From contig CAWBZV010000005.1 of NCBI GenBank assembly GCA_963793305.1, forward strand, positions 32,001 to 96,000: 64,000 bases of DNA, given 5' to 3'. This DNA is from an uncultured Gemmatimonadales bacterium (GTDB taxonomy: Bacteria > Gemmatimonadota > Gemmatimonadetes > Gemmatimonadales > Gemmatimonadaceae). Positions 40,489 to 50,770 of this stretch are shown here, piece after piece (within the stretch, counting starts at the first letter, position 1; every line of letters begins with the position of its first letter). The notes under the pieces were generated by a model that saw only the letters and a program-made list of their open reading frames with translations, was not told where the DNA came from and did not search any database. Made by a program: the position numbers and the translations under genes.

Positions 40489-42960
40489 GTGAATCGCATG
40501 TCGCTCCCGCCCACGCCAACGCCGTCGACGGCGCTGACGCCTACTTCCCCCGAGGGGCAGGCGCTGGCGTCGCTCCAACAATGGGGTCCGCCGATCGAAG
40601 CCCGAGGGGGCGCCGGCGGTGGCGGCGGCGAGAAGAAAACACCCTGGCACCGCTACATCGCGGCCGTGATCCGCTTCAAATGGCTGATCGCGGGGTGTTT
40701 CGTGCTCGGTGTCGGGGCCGGCGTCGCCGCGACCCGCCTGCTCTCTCCGCAGTATGAGGCGCGCGCGACCGTGTTGCTCGCGACTGAGCAGCGCGGCGGT
40801 GGTGGCGCGAACGGGCCGATCTCGTCCGGTCAATTCCTCGAAACGGCCGCGTGGACGGATCTCTTCAAGGCGTACCGCGTCGTCGAGCCGGTCGTCACCA
40901 AGCTCGGTCTCTACATCCATCATGCCGACAAGGACGACGACATCTTCCAGCAGTTCGGGCTGGCCGATCAATATCAGGCCGGCGAGTTCTTTCTGAACGT
41001 CGCGTCGACCGGACGGCAGTATACGCTCACGACGAAGAAAGGCACCGTGCTGGAGCACGGCGCGCCCGGCGACTCGATCGGCCTCCATCTCGGCATGAAG
41101 TGGCAGCCACCGCGCTCGGCGTTCAAGCCCGGGCGCAAGGTCGTGTTCTCCGTGTCCTCGCTGCCCGACGCGGCGAACGGTCTGACCAACCGATCGACGC
41201 TGAATCTCCCGGATATGAGCAACGTGCTCCACATCTCGCTCGACAGCTGGAATCCGAACGAGGCGGCGAACACGCTGAATACATGGCTGGATCAGTTTCT
41301 CGCCGTCGCCGCCGAGTTGAAAAAGCAGAAGAACACGCAACTCACCGCGACGATCGGCGACCAGTTGAGCATCGCGCGCGACCGACTCGCCCGCGCCGAG
41401 AAGAACCTGCAGGCGTTCCAGGAAGCGAGCATCAGGGCGAGCGCCTCGGCACCCACGACGAACGTGCCAACGGGCACGCCCGGATCCATCGGGGCGGTGA
41501 CGGGCGATCCCGCGGTCTCAACCTATCTCGCGCTCAAGGTCGAGCACGACAATCTGAGTCACGACATTCAGGCCGCGCAGACGGTCCTGACCGACATGAG
41601 CATTGGCAAAGCGTCGCCCGACGGGCTGCTGGGCATCCCGTCGCTCATGGTCGGCGCCGACAACCTGCGCTCGGCGATCAACGACTACAACACCAAAGCG
41701 GCCGAGCTCCGCAACCTCCAGCAGACGTACACCGACAACTACAAGGGCGTCATCGACGCCAAGCGCATCGTCGACAACTCCTACACGGTGACGATCCCGC
41801 AGCTCGCGAATCAGTCGCTCCAGCGCCTGCGCGCGCAGGATGCGATCTACGTCAAGCAGCTCGGCGAGAGCGAGCGGGTCGTCCAGGACGTGCCCGCCCG
41901 GACGATCGACCTCATGCGCCTCCAACGCGAGGTGACATCGGCCGGCGAGTTGTTCACGAGCCTCAACAAGGCGTACGAGGACTCACGGCTGGCGGAAGCG
42001 AGCACGATCCCCGATATCGAGATCGTCGACCGCGCCGGCGTTCCGGAGGCGCCATCGCGCAACACCGCGCCGCGGGTCCTCATGATGGCCGTGTTCGGCG
42101 GACTGGGCGCGGGCCTCATGCTGGCGTTGCTGCTGGACCGGCTCGACCAGCGATTCCGCCATCCGGAGCAGGCGTCCGATGAGCTCGGGCTCCCCATCAT
42201 TGGCACCGTGCCGAGTCTGCCGACACCGAAGCAGCGCAAGGCCGATCCGGAGATCAGCGCGCAAGTCATCGAGGCGTTCCGAACGATTCGGTTGCACATC
42301 AAGGAGATGTTCCCGGCCAATGCACCCGTGCAGTTCACCATCACGAGCCCGGGGGCAGGGGAAGGCAAATCCCTCGTCTCATCCAACCTGGCGATGTCAT
42401 TTGCCGAGAGCGGCCAGCGGACATTGCTCGTCGACGGCGACATTCGGCGTGGACAGCTGCACGAGACGTTCGGCATGCGGCAGTCGCCGGGACTCCTCGA
42501 CTATCTCCTGAATCACTCGGCGCTCGACGAAATCTTGCAGGAGACCGATTACGAAGGGCTGACGCTCGTGACCTGCGGCACGCGCCGGCATCGCGGGCCC
42601 GAGCTGCTGCAGTCGAATGCGCTCGAGGCGTTCATGTCAGCCGTGCGGCCGTTCTTCGACGTGATCATCGTCGACTCGCCACCACTCGGCGCCGGCATCG
42701 ATCCGTTTGCGCTGGCGAAGGCCACCGGCGCGCTGGTCGTCGTGCTCCGCGTCGGGCGCAGCGATATCAAGATGGCGCAGGCGCGGCTCCAGGCGATGGA
42801 CCGCTTCGTTCCCGTGCGTCACCTGGGATCCATCTTGAACGACGTGCGCGCCGGCGGGGCGTATCGCTACTACTCGTACCTCTACGGGTATCGCCTCGAC
42901 GAGGGCGAGCTCCGCGCGCAAGTCCCCTCGCAGGTGGGTGGCCTGATCGGGAGAAAGTAA
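40489..42960 (+). CDS. wzc: polysaccharide co-polymerase / tyrosine autokinase
   Basis: two TMs, coiled coil, GAGEGKS, VDGDIR, IVDSPP, Tyr-rich tail YRYYSYLYGY. Confidence 0.92.
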   Translation: MNRMSLPPTPTPSTALTPTSPEGQALASLQQWGPPIEARGGAGGGGGEKKTPWHRYIAAVIRFKWLIAGCFVLGVGAGVAATRLLSPQYEARATVLLATEQRGGGGANGPISSGQFLETAAWTDLFKAYRVVEPVVTKLGLYIHHADKDDDIFQQFGLADQYQAGEFFLNVASTGRQYTLTTKKGTVLEHGAPGDSIGLHLGMKWQPPRSAFKPGRKVVFSVSSLPDAANGLTNRSTLNLPDMSNVLHISLDSWNPNEAANTLNTWLDQFLAVAAELKKQKNTQLTATIGDQLSIARDRLARAEKNLQAFQEASIRASASAPTTNVPTGTPGSIGAVTGDPAVSTYLALKVEHDNLSHDIQAAQTVLTDMSIGKASPDGLLGIPSLMVGADNLRSAINDYNTKAAELRNLQQTYTDNYKGVIDAKRIVDNSYTVTIPQLANQSLQRLRAQDAIYVKQLGESERVVQDVPARTIDLMRLQREVTSAGELFTSLNKAYEDSRLAEASTIPDIEIVDRAGVPEAPSRNTAPRVLMMAVFGGLGAGLMLALLLDRLDQRFRHPEQASDELGLPIIGTVPSLPTPKQRKADPEISAQVIEAFRTIRLHIKEMFPANAPVQFTITSPGAGEGKSLVSSNLAMSFAESGQRTLLVDGDIRRGQLHETFGMRQSPGLLDYLLNHSALDEILQETDYEGLTLVTCGTRRHRGPELLQSNALEAFMSAVRPFFDVIIVDSPPLGAGIDPFALAKATGALVVVLRVGRSDIKMAQARLQAMDRFVPVRHLGSILNDVRAGGAYRYYSYLYGYRLDEGELRAQVPSQVGGLIGRK

Positions 42961-44241
42961 CTAGCTGACCTTGCGGGTTTTCTTCCTCAAGAAGTCCATG
43001 AGGATGAACTGCCCCAGTGTCATGGTATTCGTGAAGTACGCCTTGCCACGAGAGATCTCGGAGACTCGCTTCACGAATTCCACCAAGGCGCGGTCACGGG
43101 CCAGCATGAACGTATTGATCATGATGCCGGCCCGTTTGCACATCGCCACTTCTTTGAGCGTGTGCTGAATGACCGTTGCATCGAGCCCCATCGAGTTCTT
43201 GTAGATCTGCCCGTTGGGCATCGTCAGCGCGCTCGGCTTCCCGTCAGTGATCATGACGATCTGCCGCATGTCCTTCTTCTGCGCCAGCAGCAGACGCCGA
43301 GCGAGCTTGAACCCCTCGGCCGTATTCGTGTGATACGGTCCCACCTGCGCGTGGGCGAGCCGGGCTAGTGGAATTTCCTCGGCCGAGTCATGAAAGAGAA
43401 TGACTTTGATCGAATCGCCCGGATACTGCGTCCTGATCAGATGGGTCAACGCCAACGCCACTTTCTTGGCGGGCGTAAACCGATCCTCGCCGTACAGAAT
43501 CATCGAGTGCGACGTATCGAGCATGAGCACCGTCGCGCACGATGACCGATACTCGGCCTGCCGCACCATGAGGTCGCCGTAATCGAGATCCATCGGGACC
43601 TCGATCTTGCCCGTCCGCGCCAGCGCGTGCTTCAACGTTTCGTTGACGTCGAGATTCAACACATCGCCGAACTCGTAGGGCTTGCTGAACCCATCGGCCT
43701 CGATCCCGGTCGCCAGATACGGCGTCTCGTGGCTCCCGAAGCTCGACTTGCCCAACGAGCCCAAAATGCCCCGCAGTGTCTTGTAACCCAGAAAGTCGAT
43801 GCCTTTCTCGGTGAGATTGAATTGGACATCTTTTGAGGCCGCGTGGGCTAACCCGCCTTTCCCCGTGACGGGCTGCTGCGTGCCCGGCATCTGCGGGGGG
43901 GCGTCGATGCGCAGAAATCCCTCGGCCGCGAGCCGCTGCACCAGCTGATCGAGCAGTTGCGCGAGCTTCGCCTGCGATTCCTCGTCCCCGTCGCCGCGCA
44001 GGGCCTCCAGCATTTCCGGCGTGAACTGGCCGCTCTCGACCAGCGCGTCGAGGATCGCCTCGCGCAGCGCGTCCATCGACCGGTCGGCCTCTTCCCCGAA
44101 GTCGCCCCAGTAGGGACTCGACTGCTTTCCGCCGGCGAACCCTGATTGCAGAAGAAAATCCGCGAGCTTGTCGAGCAACGCCTGGAGATCAATGGCGTCG
44201 GCGGACTCTGGGCTGAACTTTTGGTAGGTATGAAATCTCAC
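42961..44241 (-). CDS. VWA-domain protein (chelatase/MoxR-associated)
   Basis: MIDAS DTSHS...TNT...ITDG, YEFGD. Confidence 0.85.
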   Translation of the reverse strand: MRFHTYQKFSPESADAIDLQALLDKLADFLLQSGFAGGKQSSPYWGDFGEEADRSMDALREAILDALVESGQFTPEMLEALRGDGDEESQAKLAQLLDQLVQRLAAEGFLRIDAPPQMPGTQQPVTGKGGLAHAASKDVQFNLTEKGIDFLGYKTLRGILGSLGKSSFGSHETPYLATGIEADGFSKPYEFGDVLNLDVNETLKHALARTGKIEVPMDLDYGDLMVRQAEYRSSCATVLMLDTSHSMILYGEDRFTPAKKVALALTHLIRTQYPGDSIKVILFHDSAEEIPLARLAHAQVGPYHTNTAEGFKLARRLLLAQKKDMRQIVMITDGKPSALTMPNGQIYKNSMGLDATVIQHTLKEVAMCKRAGIMINTFMLARDRALVEFVKRVSEISRGKAYFTNTMTLGQFILMDFLRKKTRKVS

Positions 44242-44253
44242 CTGATCCCCCTG

Positions 44254-44327
44254 GCGCCGTTCGCTTCGCTCCGGCGCATTGACCCTGCTCGACCGTAGTG
44301 CACGCGAGCGCAGCGAGCGTTCCTACG
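44254..44327. repeat. pair of REP-like hairpins with complementary loops
   Basis: GCGCCG-ttcgcttcgctc-CGGCGC and CGTAG..ACGC-gagcgcagcga-GCGT..CTACG. Confidence 0.5.
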
Positions 44328-44344
44328 AATATAATCATGGGAGC

Positions 44345-45571
44345 ATGCCCACGACCGCCCGATCCCTGAATCCGTTCCGAACGCTGATACAGCACCGGAA
44401 CTTCCGGATCTTCTGGATCGGCCAGACGGTGTCACTGATGGGCACCTGGATGCAGACGATGGCCCAGGGTTGGCTGGCACTCCAGCTGTCCAATAGCGCG
44501 TTCATCGTCGGCCTGGTCAGCGCCATCGGATCCCTGCCGATTCTCGCGCTGTCGCTCCCCGCCGGAGTGGTCACTGACCGCGTCAATAAGCTGACGCTCG
44601 TGACCATCTGCCAGGCCTGCCTCCTGGTCGAGGCAGCCGCGCTCTGGGCATTCACGGCCACGAACCGGATCACGATCCCCTTACTGCTCGGCCTCGCCGC
44701 CTTCAACGGCATCGCGAGCGCATTCGAGATCCCCGCGCGCCAATCGCTCATGATCGAGCTCGTCGGCCGCGACGACCTCCACGACGCGATCGCGCTCAAC
44801 TCGAGCGGATTCAACCTCGCCCGCATCATCGGCCCCGCCATCGGCGCGGCCGTGCTCGCGACGTTCGGCCTCTCCTGGTGCTTCCTGCTCAACGCGATCA
44901 GCTACCTCGCCGTACTCGCGGGTCTCTTCTTGATCCGGCTTCCGCCCTGGATCGCCGCACCCCACGCGTCGCCGCTCGACGGCCTCCTCGAAGGCCTGCG
45001 CTACATGGCGAAGACCCCCGAGGTCTCGGCCCTCATGCGCATGGTCACCATCTACTCGATCTGCGGCATCCCATATCTCACATTGATGCCGGTGGTCGCC
45101 CGCGACCTCCTGCACGCCGGCGCCGGCGGCTACGGCGTGCTGTTGGCGTGCGTTGGAATCGGCGGTCTGGCCGGTGCGCTCTTTCTCGCTGCCGCGAGCG
45201 GCCGCTTCCGGCGCGGTCGCTTGATGGCGTTGTCCACATACGGCTTTGCGTTGTTGTTGATCGCTTTCTCGCTCTCGCGCTCGGAATGGCTGTCTCGCGC
45301 CTTGCTCTTGGGCTGCGGCTTCATGATGATCCTGAACGGAGCCCTCGCGAACGGTCTGTTGCAGTCCCTCGTGCCCGATGCGCTGCGAGGGCGCCTCATG
45401 GCTGCGTACTCACTCATCGCGGTCGGCGTGGCACAGGTGGTCGGCTCGTTCGTCGCAGGCACCGTCGCCAACGCGGTGGGCGTCGATTGGGCGATCGGCG
45501 GCGCCGCGGCCGTCATGCTGGCGTACGCGTACTACGCCTTTTCCAAATCGCCCGAGATTCGCCGGTTATAA
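44345..45571 (+). CDS. MFS transporter (EntS/DUF894-like)
   Basis: HRNFRIFW.GQ..S..GTWMQ, PARQS, AIALNS..FN.AR..GP; about 12 TMs. Confidence 0.9.
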   Translation: MPTTARSLNPFRTLIQHRNFRIFWIGQTVSLMGTWMQTMAQGWLALQLSNSAFIVGLVSAIGSLPILALSLPAGVVTDRVNKLTLVTICQACLLVEAAALWAFTATNRITIPLLLGLAAFNGIASAFEIPARQSLMIELVGRDDLHDAIALNSSGFNLARIIGPAIGAAVLATFGLSWCFLLNAISYLAVLAGLFLIRLPPWIAAPHASPLDGLLEGLRYMAKTPEVSALMRMVTIYSICGIPYLTLMPVVARDLLHAGAGGYGVLLACVGIGGLAGALFLAAASGRFRRGRLMALSTYGFALLLIAFSLSRSEWLSRALLLGCGFMMILNGALANGLLQSLVPDALRGRLMAAYSLIAVGVAQVVGSFVAGTVANAVGVDWAIGGAAAVMLAYAYYAFSKSPEIRRL

Positions 45572-46218
45572 GCGGGCGTCAGACGGTCCGGTGTCACCGA
45601 GGGGAACACCAGCCGCGCCGCCCGAGCGATGGTCTGCGCCGAGCCTTCGACGCCGAGCCAATCGGTGTTGATGCAGATGTGATAATTCTCCGGCGCGCGC
45701 CAGTCGCGATCGTAGAATCGCTTCACCGATTGTGCGCGCTGCGCGTTCACCTCGTCGACCCGCTTCTCGGCCTGCGCCTGAGCGAGTCCCTCCCGCGCCA
45801 TGACGCGCTGCACGAGCGCCGGACGGGGTGCGTAGCAGAATACGTGAATCGCATCGGCGCGCTCGGCCAACGTCGCTTGCGCCCCGCGCCCGACGATGAC
45901 GACGGGCCCGCGCGCGACGTACTCCTCGATGACGCGCCGCGTGACCGCGATGAGACGCTCCGTGGCGGGCAGCGCATACTCGCCCGTGACCGGCTGAACC
46001 TCGGGCGTGCTCATCGCCAACGCATCGGTGAGGCGAGCGGCCAACGATGGGACGCGCTCCTCGCGCGCCTGCACTTCATCGACCGGCATGCCCAATCGCG
46101 CCGCGACTTCGTTGACGATCTCGCTGTCGAGCAGCGCCCAGCCGAGCAGCGCGGCGACTCGCGCTGCGACGTCCGACCCCCCGGACCCGAAGAGGCGCGA
46201 GATCGTGATCGTCGGCAT
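45532..46218 (-). CDS. cytidylate kinase-like family protein
   Basis: ITISRLFGSGG, VIVGRGA, YHICINT. Confidence 0.85.
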   Translation of the reverse strand: MPTITISRLFGSGGSDVAARVAALLGWALLDSEIVNEVAARLGMPVDEVQAREERVPSLAARLTDALAMSTPEVQPVTGEYALPATERLIAVTRRVIEEYVARGPVVIVGRGAQATLAERADAIHVFCYAPRPALVQRVMAREGLAQAQAEKRVDEVNAQRAQSVKRFYDRDWRAPENYHICINTDWLGVEGSAQTIARAARLVFPSVTPDRLTPAYNRRISGDLEKA

Positions 46219-46225
46219 CGGGCCG

Positions 46226-46732
46226 CTAGCGATCGACTGGTCGAACGCGCAGATGCTCGACGATCTCGAACCCCAGGGCATCCCACGCCCGGTTGGCTGC
46301 CTCGCCATCGGCGACGCTGTGCAACCGGAACTCGTCGAGCCCCACACTCCGGGCCCACGCCTCGGCGCGCTCCAGCAGCGCGCGCAGCACGCCACGGCGG
46401 CGCACCGATGGATCGACGTAGACCGATGACACGTACGCATACTGCTCGGGCGAGAGCAGGGGCGACCCGCTCGACTCCACGCATCGCAAGATCCCGACGA
46501 TCGCCCCATCCCGCTCGGCGAGCAACGTGATCTCGCCGGGCGAGTCGAGCTGTCGGGCGAACAACCGCCGGGCCCGCGCCGTCACGTCGCTCGCCAGCCG
46601 ACGATAGATCGGATTCGAGGCGTGCTCACGGAGCAGCGCCAGCCGAAGCGCGACGACGGCGTCGAGGTCGCGCACCGTCGCCCGTCGGACTGTGACGCTC
46701 GGCGCCGCGGGCTTAGGCGGAGAGGCCGCCAC
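46226..46732 (-). CDS. GNAT N-acetyltransferase
   Basis: VRRAT..D, VYVDPSVRRRGV, N.A..ALGF. Confidence 0.85.
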   Translation of the reverse strand: MAASPPKPAAPSVTVRRATVRDLDAVVALRLALLREHASNPIYRRLASDVTARARRLFARQLDSPGEITLLAERDGAIVGILRCVESSGSPLLSPEQYAYVSSVYVDPSVRRRGVLRALLERAEAWARSVGLDEFRLHSVADGEAANRAWDALGFEIVEHLRVRPVDR

Positions 46733-48185
46733 CGAACATATCCTGGCCTGGCCGTCTCCGTTGCTCCTGTACGGCTCTCCCGTACTGACCCGTGTCCGAG
46801 CGCGAGATCTTGCGGCGTGCGACGAGCGCTTCCAATACGAGCTCGCACGCCGCCGTCGCGACCGCCAGATCCCCCCGCGGCGCGAGCGCCGTATCTCTGA
46901 CGACCCGCAAAAGCCCCGGCACCGTCTCGAAGCCCTTGTGCACGGCGTCGGTCGAGACATTGTCCGACACCTGCAACGCGCCGCCGGAGTCGAACCACAT
47001 CACGATCTCGTCGGTATTGACGTTCCCCGCTCGTTCTTTGAACGTCGCGTCCGACGCGCGACGAATCAGCTCTCGCGCGATAGCCTGTCCGCCAATCAGT
47101 TCACCCTCATACTCCAGCTCGATCTTACCGGTAATTGCTGGCAGAGCCGCGTAGATATCGGCGATCCGCGGCACGATCTCTGATTCACCCATTTCGAGGG
47201 CGCGACGTTCGGCGTTCGATACGACGTTCTCGAGTACGGATATCGGCATGCGCTGCGACACACCTGACCGCCGATCGATTCGCTTGTCGACTCTCGCCTC
47301 GAACGCGATGCGCTCGATGACCTCGGCGATAAAATCAGGGACCCTGACTCTGATGCCTCGATCGACCCACGCTTCCTGCTGCGTAATCTCCATGCCGAGT
47401 CCGACCGTCTCGGGGTAGTGCGTAACAATCTCACTCCCAATACGGTCTTTGAGCGGCGTGATAATCTTTCCGCGCGCGGTATAGTCTTCGGGGTTTGCTG
47501 TGAAGCACAGCTCAACATCCAGCGGGAGGCGAACCGGATATCCCTTTATCTGGACATCCCCTTCTTGCATGATGTTGAACAGTCCGACTTGGACCTTTCC
47601 GGCGAGATCCGGCAATTCATTGAGCGCGAAAATGCCGCGATTCGCGCGAGGCAACATGCCGTAGTGAATGGTCAACTCGTCGGAGAGTAAGTGACCACCG
47701 CGCGCGGCCTTGATCGGATCGACATCGCCAATGATATCCGCGATCGTCACGTCAGGCGTCGCGAGCTTCTCGATGTAACGCGCCGTCCGGTCCAGCCAGA
47801 CGATCGGGGTGTCATCACCCGCCTCGGCGAGGAGGGTGCGCCCATATTTCGAAATCGGCGCGAACGGATTGTCGTTCACCTCGCTCCCGGCGATGATCGG
47901 CAGCGCGTCATCGAGCAGCGAGGTGAGGGCTCGGAGAATGCGCGATTTGGCCTGGCCGCGGAGACCGAGCAAAATAAAGTTGTGACGCGAGAGGATCGCG
48001 TTGACCATCTGCGGCATGACGGTCTCTTCATACCCAATGACGCCGGGAAACAGCGGCCCGCCGCACGCGAGCCGGGCGAGCAGGTTCGCCCGGAGCTCAT
48101 CCTTGACCGACCGCAGCGCCCGTTCGGGGGCGCCGAAGGGCGATGCTTTCAGTGCGCCGAGCGTTTCAGGCAGTGGCGACGACAA
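46713..48185 (-). CDS. AAA+ ATPase, magnesium-chelatase-like
   Basis: GLRGQAKS, EKLATPD, GDVDP, NELPDL, TANPEDYT.RG, LKDRIG. Confidence 0.87.
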   Translation of the reverse strand: MSSPLPETLGALKASPFGAPERALRSVKDELRANLLARLACGGPLFPGVIGYEETVMPQMVNAILSRHNFILLGLRGQAKSRILRALTSLLDDALPIIAGSEVNDNPFAPISKYGRTLLAEAGDDTPIVWLDRTARYIEKLATPDVTIADIIGDVDPIKAARGGHLLSDELTIHYGMLPRANRGIFALNELPDLAGKVQVGLFNIMQEGDVQIKGYPVRLPLDVELCFTANPEDYTARGKIITPLKDRIGSEIVTHYPETVGLGMEITQQEAWVDRGIRVRVPDFIAEVIERIAFEARVDKRIDRRSGVSQRMPISVLENVVSNAERRALEMGESEIVPRIADIYAALPAITGKIELEYEGELIGGQAIARELIRRASDATFKERAGNVNTDEIVMWFDSGGALQVSDNVSTDAVHKGFETVPGLLRVVRDTALAPRGDLAVATAACELVLEALVARRKISRSDTGQYGRAVQEQRRRPGQDMFGGGLSA

Positions 48186-48186
48186 A

Positions 48187-50262
48187 TCAACTCTCCACGA
48201 ATGCGTGTGACACCTCGACGAGGTTGTCGTAGAATACCGGTGCGTGGCCGAGGTCCGTTTCGAGCTGGGACGTTGTCGCGTTCGGATTCTGCCCGTCAGG
48301 TGTGAACTTGCCCCACCAGATCGACGGCGCCCAGACGACGCCCGGTCGCAAAGAGTCCACGACACGCGCGGTCGCGATGAACTGTCCCCGATCGTTGTGA
48401 ATGGTCACTCGGTCACCGTCGGTGATACCCCGCTGCTCGGCGTCCGATACATGCAAATGACACTCCGGCTCCGCGCCCCGGCGCAATGATGGCACATTGA
48501 CGAATGTGGAATTCAAAAACTGGTGCCGTGGCGACGAAATCAGTGTCAGCGGATACCGCGCCGCGAGCTCCGGGGCTTCTTCCAGCGACTCGCGCGGTGG
48601 CGTGTAGGTAGGCACCGGATCGAGTCCGAGTTCCGCGAGCCGCTCCGAGTATAGTTCGCACTTCCCACTGGGGGTCAAAAAGCCTCCCTGGGCGAACGGG
48701 AGATAGGGCCTTGGCACGTTGAGCCGTGCCCAGCCCTGTTCCATGAGCGTCTCCAGCGTCACCCCACCCATCCGCTGGTGATTGGTTGCCAGCGCCTGAC
48801 GGATCAACGTGAGATCGTCATCGGCGAGCGATGGGTGCGTCATTCCCATCCGGGCCGCGATCAGCCGGAAAATCTCGCTGTTCGGCTTGCTCTCCCCGAT
48901 CGGCTCGATCGCCGGACGATTGAGCGTCGCGTAGAAATGTCCGTACGCGAGGTGCACGTCCCAGTGCTCCAGCTGCGTCGTCGCCGGCAGGACGATGTCT
49001 GCGTAGTCCGCGGTGTCGGTTTGGAAGTGCTCCAATACCACCGTGAACAAATCCTCTCGCTTGAGGCCCGCCAACACCGAATTGCGATCGGGCGCAACTG
49101 ACGCTGGATTCGAGTTATACACGATCAGCGCACGCACCGGTGGTCCACCGACGCTGGCATTGGGCTTGGTCAGTGCGTCGCCCAGGCGGATCATGTTGAT
49201 CGTGCGGACAGGTGGCGACAGATCCGGCCTCTCCAATGCTTCGCGGTTGAACTTGAACGCCGCGCTCGTCGACAGCTGCACGCCGCCACCCGGCCGTCTC
49301 CAGTGTCCGGTGATGGCCGGCAGGCAAGCAATGGTTCGCACGGCCATGCCACCTCCCGCGTGCCGCTGTAACCCGTAATTCACCCGAATGAACGCCGCCT
49401 TGGCCTTCCCGTATCTCGCTCCCAGGTCTTGGATGGCCTGTGGTTCCAAGCCAGTGATGGCCGCTACTCGGTCGGGTGGATACAGCTGTGCGCGTTCGCG
49501 AAGCGAAGTACTCCCGATGGTATAACGCTCGAGGTAGTCCCGATCCTCTAATCCCTGGGCAAAGACGACATGCATGATGCCGAGCGCCAACGCAGCGTCT
49601 GTACCTGGCCGAATCGCAAGCCACTCATCGCTTTGCGCAGCAGTCCGGGTGCGTAACGGATCAATGCAGATCACCTGCGCCCCGCGCCGCTTGGCCTCCA
49701 GCACGAACGGCCACATGTGCGGATTCGACGTGAGGGTATTCGTTCCCCACAACAAGATGAGATCGCTTTCCGGGATGCCTTCCGCGTCGGCGCCGAGGTT
49801 GGCGCCGACCGTCATGATCATGCCTTGACGCCCGGCTTCGGAGCAGATCGTGCGGTCGAGCTTGGACGCGCCGAGGAGGTGAAAGAATCGATGGTCCATC
49901 GAGCCGCCCTGCACGAGTCCCATAGTGCCCGCATATGAATACGGCAGTATGGCTTGCGGTCCATCGCTCGATTGGGCGATTGCGCCGAGCCGAGTAGCGA
50001 TCTCGTCTAGTGCGTCATCCCACGAGATGGGGACGAATTGCCCGCGACCTTTGTGACCATGCCGCCGGAGAGGCGTTTTCAGGCGGTCAAGATGATACGT
50101 ACGCTCCACGTACCGATTCACCTTGGCACATAAGAAACCCTGGGTGAACGGGTGATTGGGATCGCCGGCGATCGATATGGCCCGGCCGTCTTCGACCGTT
50201 GTCAACGTCGCACAGGTGTCCGGGCAGTCGTGGGGGCACGCGCCGCGAACGATCGTGGTCAT
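48187..50262 (-). CDS. molybdopterin (Mo-bisPGD) oxidoreductase, catalytic subunit
   Basis: CPHDCPDTC...LCAK Fe-S motif, ISWDDA, PGTD.AL, TDTADYAD, C-terminal binding domain; no Tat signal. Confidence 0.9.
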   Translation of the reverse strand: MTTIVRGACPHDCPDTCATLTTVEDGRAISIAGDPNHPFTQGFLCAKVNRYVERTYHLDRLKTPLRRHGHKGRGQFVPISWDDALDEIATRLGAIAQSSDGPQAILPYSYAGTMGLVQGGSMDHRFFHLLGASKLDRTICSEAGRQGMIMTVGANLGADAEGIPESDLILLWGTNTLTSNPHMWPFVLEAKRRGAQVICIDPLRTRTAAQSDEWLAIRPGTDAALALGIMHVVFAQGLEDRDYLERYTIGSTSLRERAQLYPPDRVAAITGLEPQAIQDLGARYGKAKAAFIRVNYGLQRHAGGGMAVRTIACLPAITGHWRRPGGGVQLSTSAAFKFNREALERPDLSPPVRTINMIRLGDALTKPNASVGGPPVRALIVYNSNPASVAPDRNSVLAGLKREDLFTVVLEHFQTDTADYADIVLPATTQLEHWDVHLAYGHFYATLNRPAIEPIGESKPNSEIFRLIAARMGMTHPSLADDDLTLIRQALATNHQRMGGVTLETLMEQGWARLNVPRPYLPFAQGGFLTPSGKCELYSERLAELGLDPVPTYTPPRESLEEAPELAARYPLTLISSPRHQFLNSTFVNVPSLRRGAEPECHLHVSDAEQRGITDGDRVTIHNDRGQFIATARVVDSLRPGVVWAPSIWWGKFTPDGQNPNATTSQLETDLGHAPVFYDNLVEVSHAFVES

Positions 50263-50428
50263 TGTCTCGAAAGTAGCGCGCGGCTGGCACTTGCACTAGC
50301 GGACTGGTCTTGACACTGCCTTTGTAGCCAGTAACTTCCTGCCGATTCCGAGCGTTTGCTTCAGACGGAATGCGGATGCGTGCACGGCCACGCCCATATT
50401 TCCGACCCCCTGATCAGGAGATTGTGTA

Positions 50429-50692
50429 ATGAAGCGCCTGGCCCTTGTCGCTGCTGCATTCACGCTCGTCGCCGTCGCGTGTAAGGCGAAGGATACCGGA
50501 ACGCAGGGCGCCGATTCGACGTCGACCGCCGCACCCGCGCCCGCGATGGCTCCCGCGCCTACGGCGGATACCGGCATGAAGAAAGACACGTCGATGAAGT
50601 CAATGTCGGCTGATACCGGCATGAAGAAGGACACGGCCATGAAGGGTATGGCCGCCGACACCGGCAAGAAGCACAAGAAGAGCAAGATGTAG
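50429..50692 (+). CDS. small lipoprotein with Met/Lys-rich (MxKD-like) repeats
   Basis: RBS AGGAG, lipobox VAVAC, ADTGMKKDTxMK repeated. Confidence 0.8.
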   Translation: MKRLALVAAAFTLVAVACKAKDTGTQGADSTSTAAPAPAMAPAPTADTGMKKDTSMKSMSADTGMKKDTAMKGMAADTGKKHKKSKM

Positions 50693-50699
50693 TTCCGGT

Positions 50700-50718
50700 G
50701 CTCTGCTCCTGGCAGAGC
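50700..50718 (+). terminator. GC hairpin after lipoprotein gene (no U-tract)
   Basis: GCTCTGC-tcctg-GCAGAGC between convergent genes. Confidence 0.35.
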
Positions 50719-50770
50719 GAACCGACGAGACGATACGTGGGGCGCGGCGCAATGCTGCGCCCTTCGTGCA

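Noticed and set aside
50285..50300. TGGCAC motif upstream of the lipoprotein as a sigma54 promoter
   Set aside because: GG-to-GC spacing is 11 rather than 10
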